Assembly (NCBI GenBank): GCA_973895155.1
Contig: OZ316898.1
Coordinates: forward strand, 2,788,380-2,852,379
DNA from: Marsupella aquatica
Taxonomy: Eukaryota > Plantae > Marchantiophyta
Reading direction: 5' to 3'
DNA length: 64,000 nt
Part shown: piece by piece, positions 61,514 to 64,000 of the stretch
How positions within the stretch are numbered: the first letter of the stretch is position 1
How the letters are laid out: each line of letters opens with the position of its first letter
Translations under genes and position numbers: made by a program
Notes under the pieces: generated by a model
The model's database searches: none
The model's input: the letters and a program-made list of their open reading frames with translations, nothing else
What the model was told of the DNA's origin: nothing

Positions 61514-61596
61514 TGGTGATGGATACCTGGTGTAACCACCATTTTCAAAAAACATGAATCATTATTTTCCTGTCCCCCATCAGGTATCCATCACCA
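61514..61596. repeat. 83-bp mini-element with perfect 16-bp inverted ends
   Basis: tggtgatggatacctg (61514-61529) and caggtatccatcacca (61581-61596). Confidence 0.75.
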
Positions 61597-61949
61597 GTAT
61601 CAGACTGATATCACCGTATCAGATATCGGTTGCTCACATCTCAGCTCACATTAATCATCTGCGTCTGAAATATTCTACTTAGAAAGGTCAGCCAAGAGCT
61701 CAGCATGGCAGTGAAGTGGAATTTTTCCAACTTAGGGTCGCCACCAAGAGAGATATAAGTAGGCCGCAAAATTAATGTTCAAGTTTGGCAAGACCATTGA
61801 GCTTCACTAATGTAAGCGAGTGATAACCAGGTAATATAGGTGTGGTTTAAGCACATGTCTGGCAAGAGTGGGTAGTATCCCTTCCTGATTTCTTGTCTAA
61901 CACAAGACGATAAAGTGTTTTTTTTTTGCTCAATACTTAGTTGTTTCTC

Positions 61950-62800
61950 TGCAAGGTATATATCTGTTTACAGTCTCAGCTGATGAGGTAATTACTATAG
62001 ATAATCAGTCTTGGCTTAGTGTCCATGCTTACATCACAAAGAACTGGGAAAGGGTTCCTTTCCTTCTTTCGTTAACAAAGTTTGAATCTGGAGATGAAGC
62101 TATAGCCATCAGTGCCGCGGTGAAGGATGCTCTGACTTGAGACTGTGGGAATCTGGGTTGGAGTGAGCTGGCCTCCAAGCTTGTTAGTTTCGGAGCTGAT
62201 GGAGCTGCTGTCTTCCAAGGCCATCAAAGTGGTGTGTTGGCTTGGATGCATCGTGCTTATGCTCCTTTCAAGACTGGCCTGCATTGTTCTGCTCATAGGG
62301 CTAGCTAATATATGTGTGGAGAAGTTGGACTCTTTGCCAATGGTCGGGAAGATTGAGAATCTTGTAACCAATTTACATGCCTATTTTGCACATAGTCCCA
62401 AACAGCAACTGGAGTTCAAACGGCTAGCAGAGGACCTGGAGACCAGGGGCCTGAATATCCAACGCAACCACAAGACCCATTGGATCTCACTGTTACCACC
62501 ATTGCAGAGTGTTTTGTGTGAATACAAGACACTAGTGATGCAAATGTCCACTAATACCGCCACTCTCACGACGGTGAAGCTAGTCTAATGCTGCCTTGTT
62601 GTTGGACCTCAAGACTTTCCTCTCTTTGCCGTGCCTCTTGCCTTTGTTGAAGTATGTGGATAATCTCACATTTGATTTGCAGTCTTGTAATCTAATGATC
62701 CAAGACTACATCAATGCAGTCAGTCTGTCAAGCTAAGCTTTATTGCTATTATGTGGATTTGCAAACCTCATTCATACCAGGGATATTTGAGGTCCTTTTC
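61950..62800 (+). pseudogene. hAT-superfamily transposase fragment (ZNF862-like)
   Basis: SADEVITIDNQSWLSVHAY, KLVSFGADGAAVFQG...GV, HCSAHR (CxxH), YFAHSPK and KTHWISLL, with stops and a frameshift near 62300. Confidence 0.85.
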
Positions 62801-62989
62801 AAGAGATTTTCCCCAATCAATCACACACTCTCGGGGGCGGGGGGGGGGGGGGGGGGGGGCGGGTCACTATATGGAGGGTCATGACCCCCCTAACTTAAGT
62901 GAAAACTTTGTTTTTGCAAAACCTTTTTTTCTTTAAATTTTGTCATTTTTTATGGCTTCCTTTCAGGGCTGCCAGCAAAATTTATTTTC

Positions 62990-63870
62990 TCTGGCAGATG
63001 GTTTATCAAATACCGGCTACTCAACACTGGAGGCCAGGCTCCCAACTTTGCCACCCACGGATCCTCTCACTTGGTGCACCCGATGTGATCTTAACCAACT
63101 GGAGGACCTACCCCATTGCATTTGGAGCTGTCCTATTTCTATGTCGGTCTGCTTACATTCGTCCTGCAGCAGGTGGCCTACACCAATAACTTTGTCATCC
63201 AGCTGCAACCGGCCCACATCTTCGTGGGCAATCCTCTCCTTGATGCTTGGGACATCCCAGTCAAGTTATGGCACACTCTGCGGGCAATTGTGTGCTAGCA
63301 GATCTGGAAGGACCGAAACTCGCATTATATATATGGAACACACTCGATCTGAAGCACAGGGGGTTGTCCGCAAATCCTGGCACTGACTCAACATCTACAT
63401 CGATCCGACGTGACTGAACTTGTCATCACTCTCAAATTAGGAACAGTAAATCCACGTTTAATGATGTCTTCAATGATATGGCCTTCGACTATTGCTCCTG
63501 GACTGGGGTGTGGGAAATACACAAGGACATTCTCCAGGTCCGACCCATCCCACCCCGCCCGCCATGAAGGATTCTATTCCACAGGAATAGGAGCTGTTAC
63601 ACTGCAGACTAGACTGATAGCTTTTCTATCACGGATCCACTGATGTGGACCCCGCCTTTTGGAGTATGAGCTGCTCCTGCTAAATTTCTAGTTTAGCTTT
63701 CCCTGGTTTAGCTTCTTTCCTGGTTCCGGCCTCTCGGGTTGTTGGCTTATTGACCTTTGGTCTCCAGGGTGCCTACCCCCTTTGCGGGCCACCCATGTTG
63801 TATGCTGGCTTTTTGATGTTATTCAATGAGTTTTTTCAAGGCAATATTTTTATTCTTTTAACCTTAAAAC
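62990..63870 (+). mobile_element. L1-type LINE 3' fragment (zf-RVT/CCHC domain and T-rich tail)
   Basis: RLPT...CTRCDLNQLEDLPHCIWSCP, then LWHTLRAIVC*QIWKDRN; frameshifted. Confidence 0.8.
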
Positions 63871-64000
63871 ATACGCTGGGTCTGGTCTGGTCCATCCTCC
63901 TGTCCTTCCCTGGACTTCCCGGTACGACAGAAGGTGAAGCCCAAATGAAACTGCGGCGAACTGGAAGAATACAATATACAGGGGCGTGATTGTGCATGGG

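Overview
Eukaryotic nuclear DNA from a land plant, most likely a non-seed, bryophyte-like lineage. This is inferred from the intron-rich genes, the intron-containing AMT1, long GA-rich leaders and the transposon families present. Three intact protein-coding genes were reconstructed by hand from GT-AG boundaries: the O-GlcNAc transferase SECRET AGENT (SEC; + strand, 27 coding exons, ~986 aa), an AtbZIP62/group-J-like bZIP factor (+ strand, 6 coding exons, ~840 aa) and an AMT1 ammonium transporter (- strand, 4 exons, ~520 aa). The rest is mostly transposon-derived: the 5' half of a decayed Ty1/copia element with LTR and PBS, a hAT transposase fragment, an L1-type LINE 3' end, a non-autonomous Helitron upstream of AMT1, several MITEs and tandem repeats. 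The most unusual item is a non-LTR retrotransposon family with a restriction-like endonuclease (CRE/R2-type), present as at least three dispersed, diverged copies. Other leads are CpG-retaining regulatory islands with dense GTAC (SBP/SPL core) clusters, a hairpin-rich candidate ncRNA, a uORF-packed SEC leader and stop-introducing alternative acceptors in SEC intron 1. No rRNA, tRNA or CRISPR array was seen.
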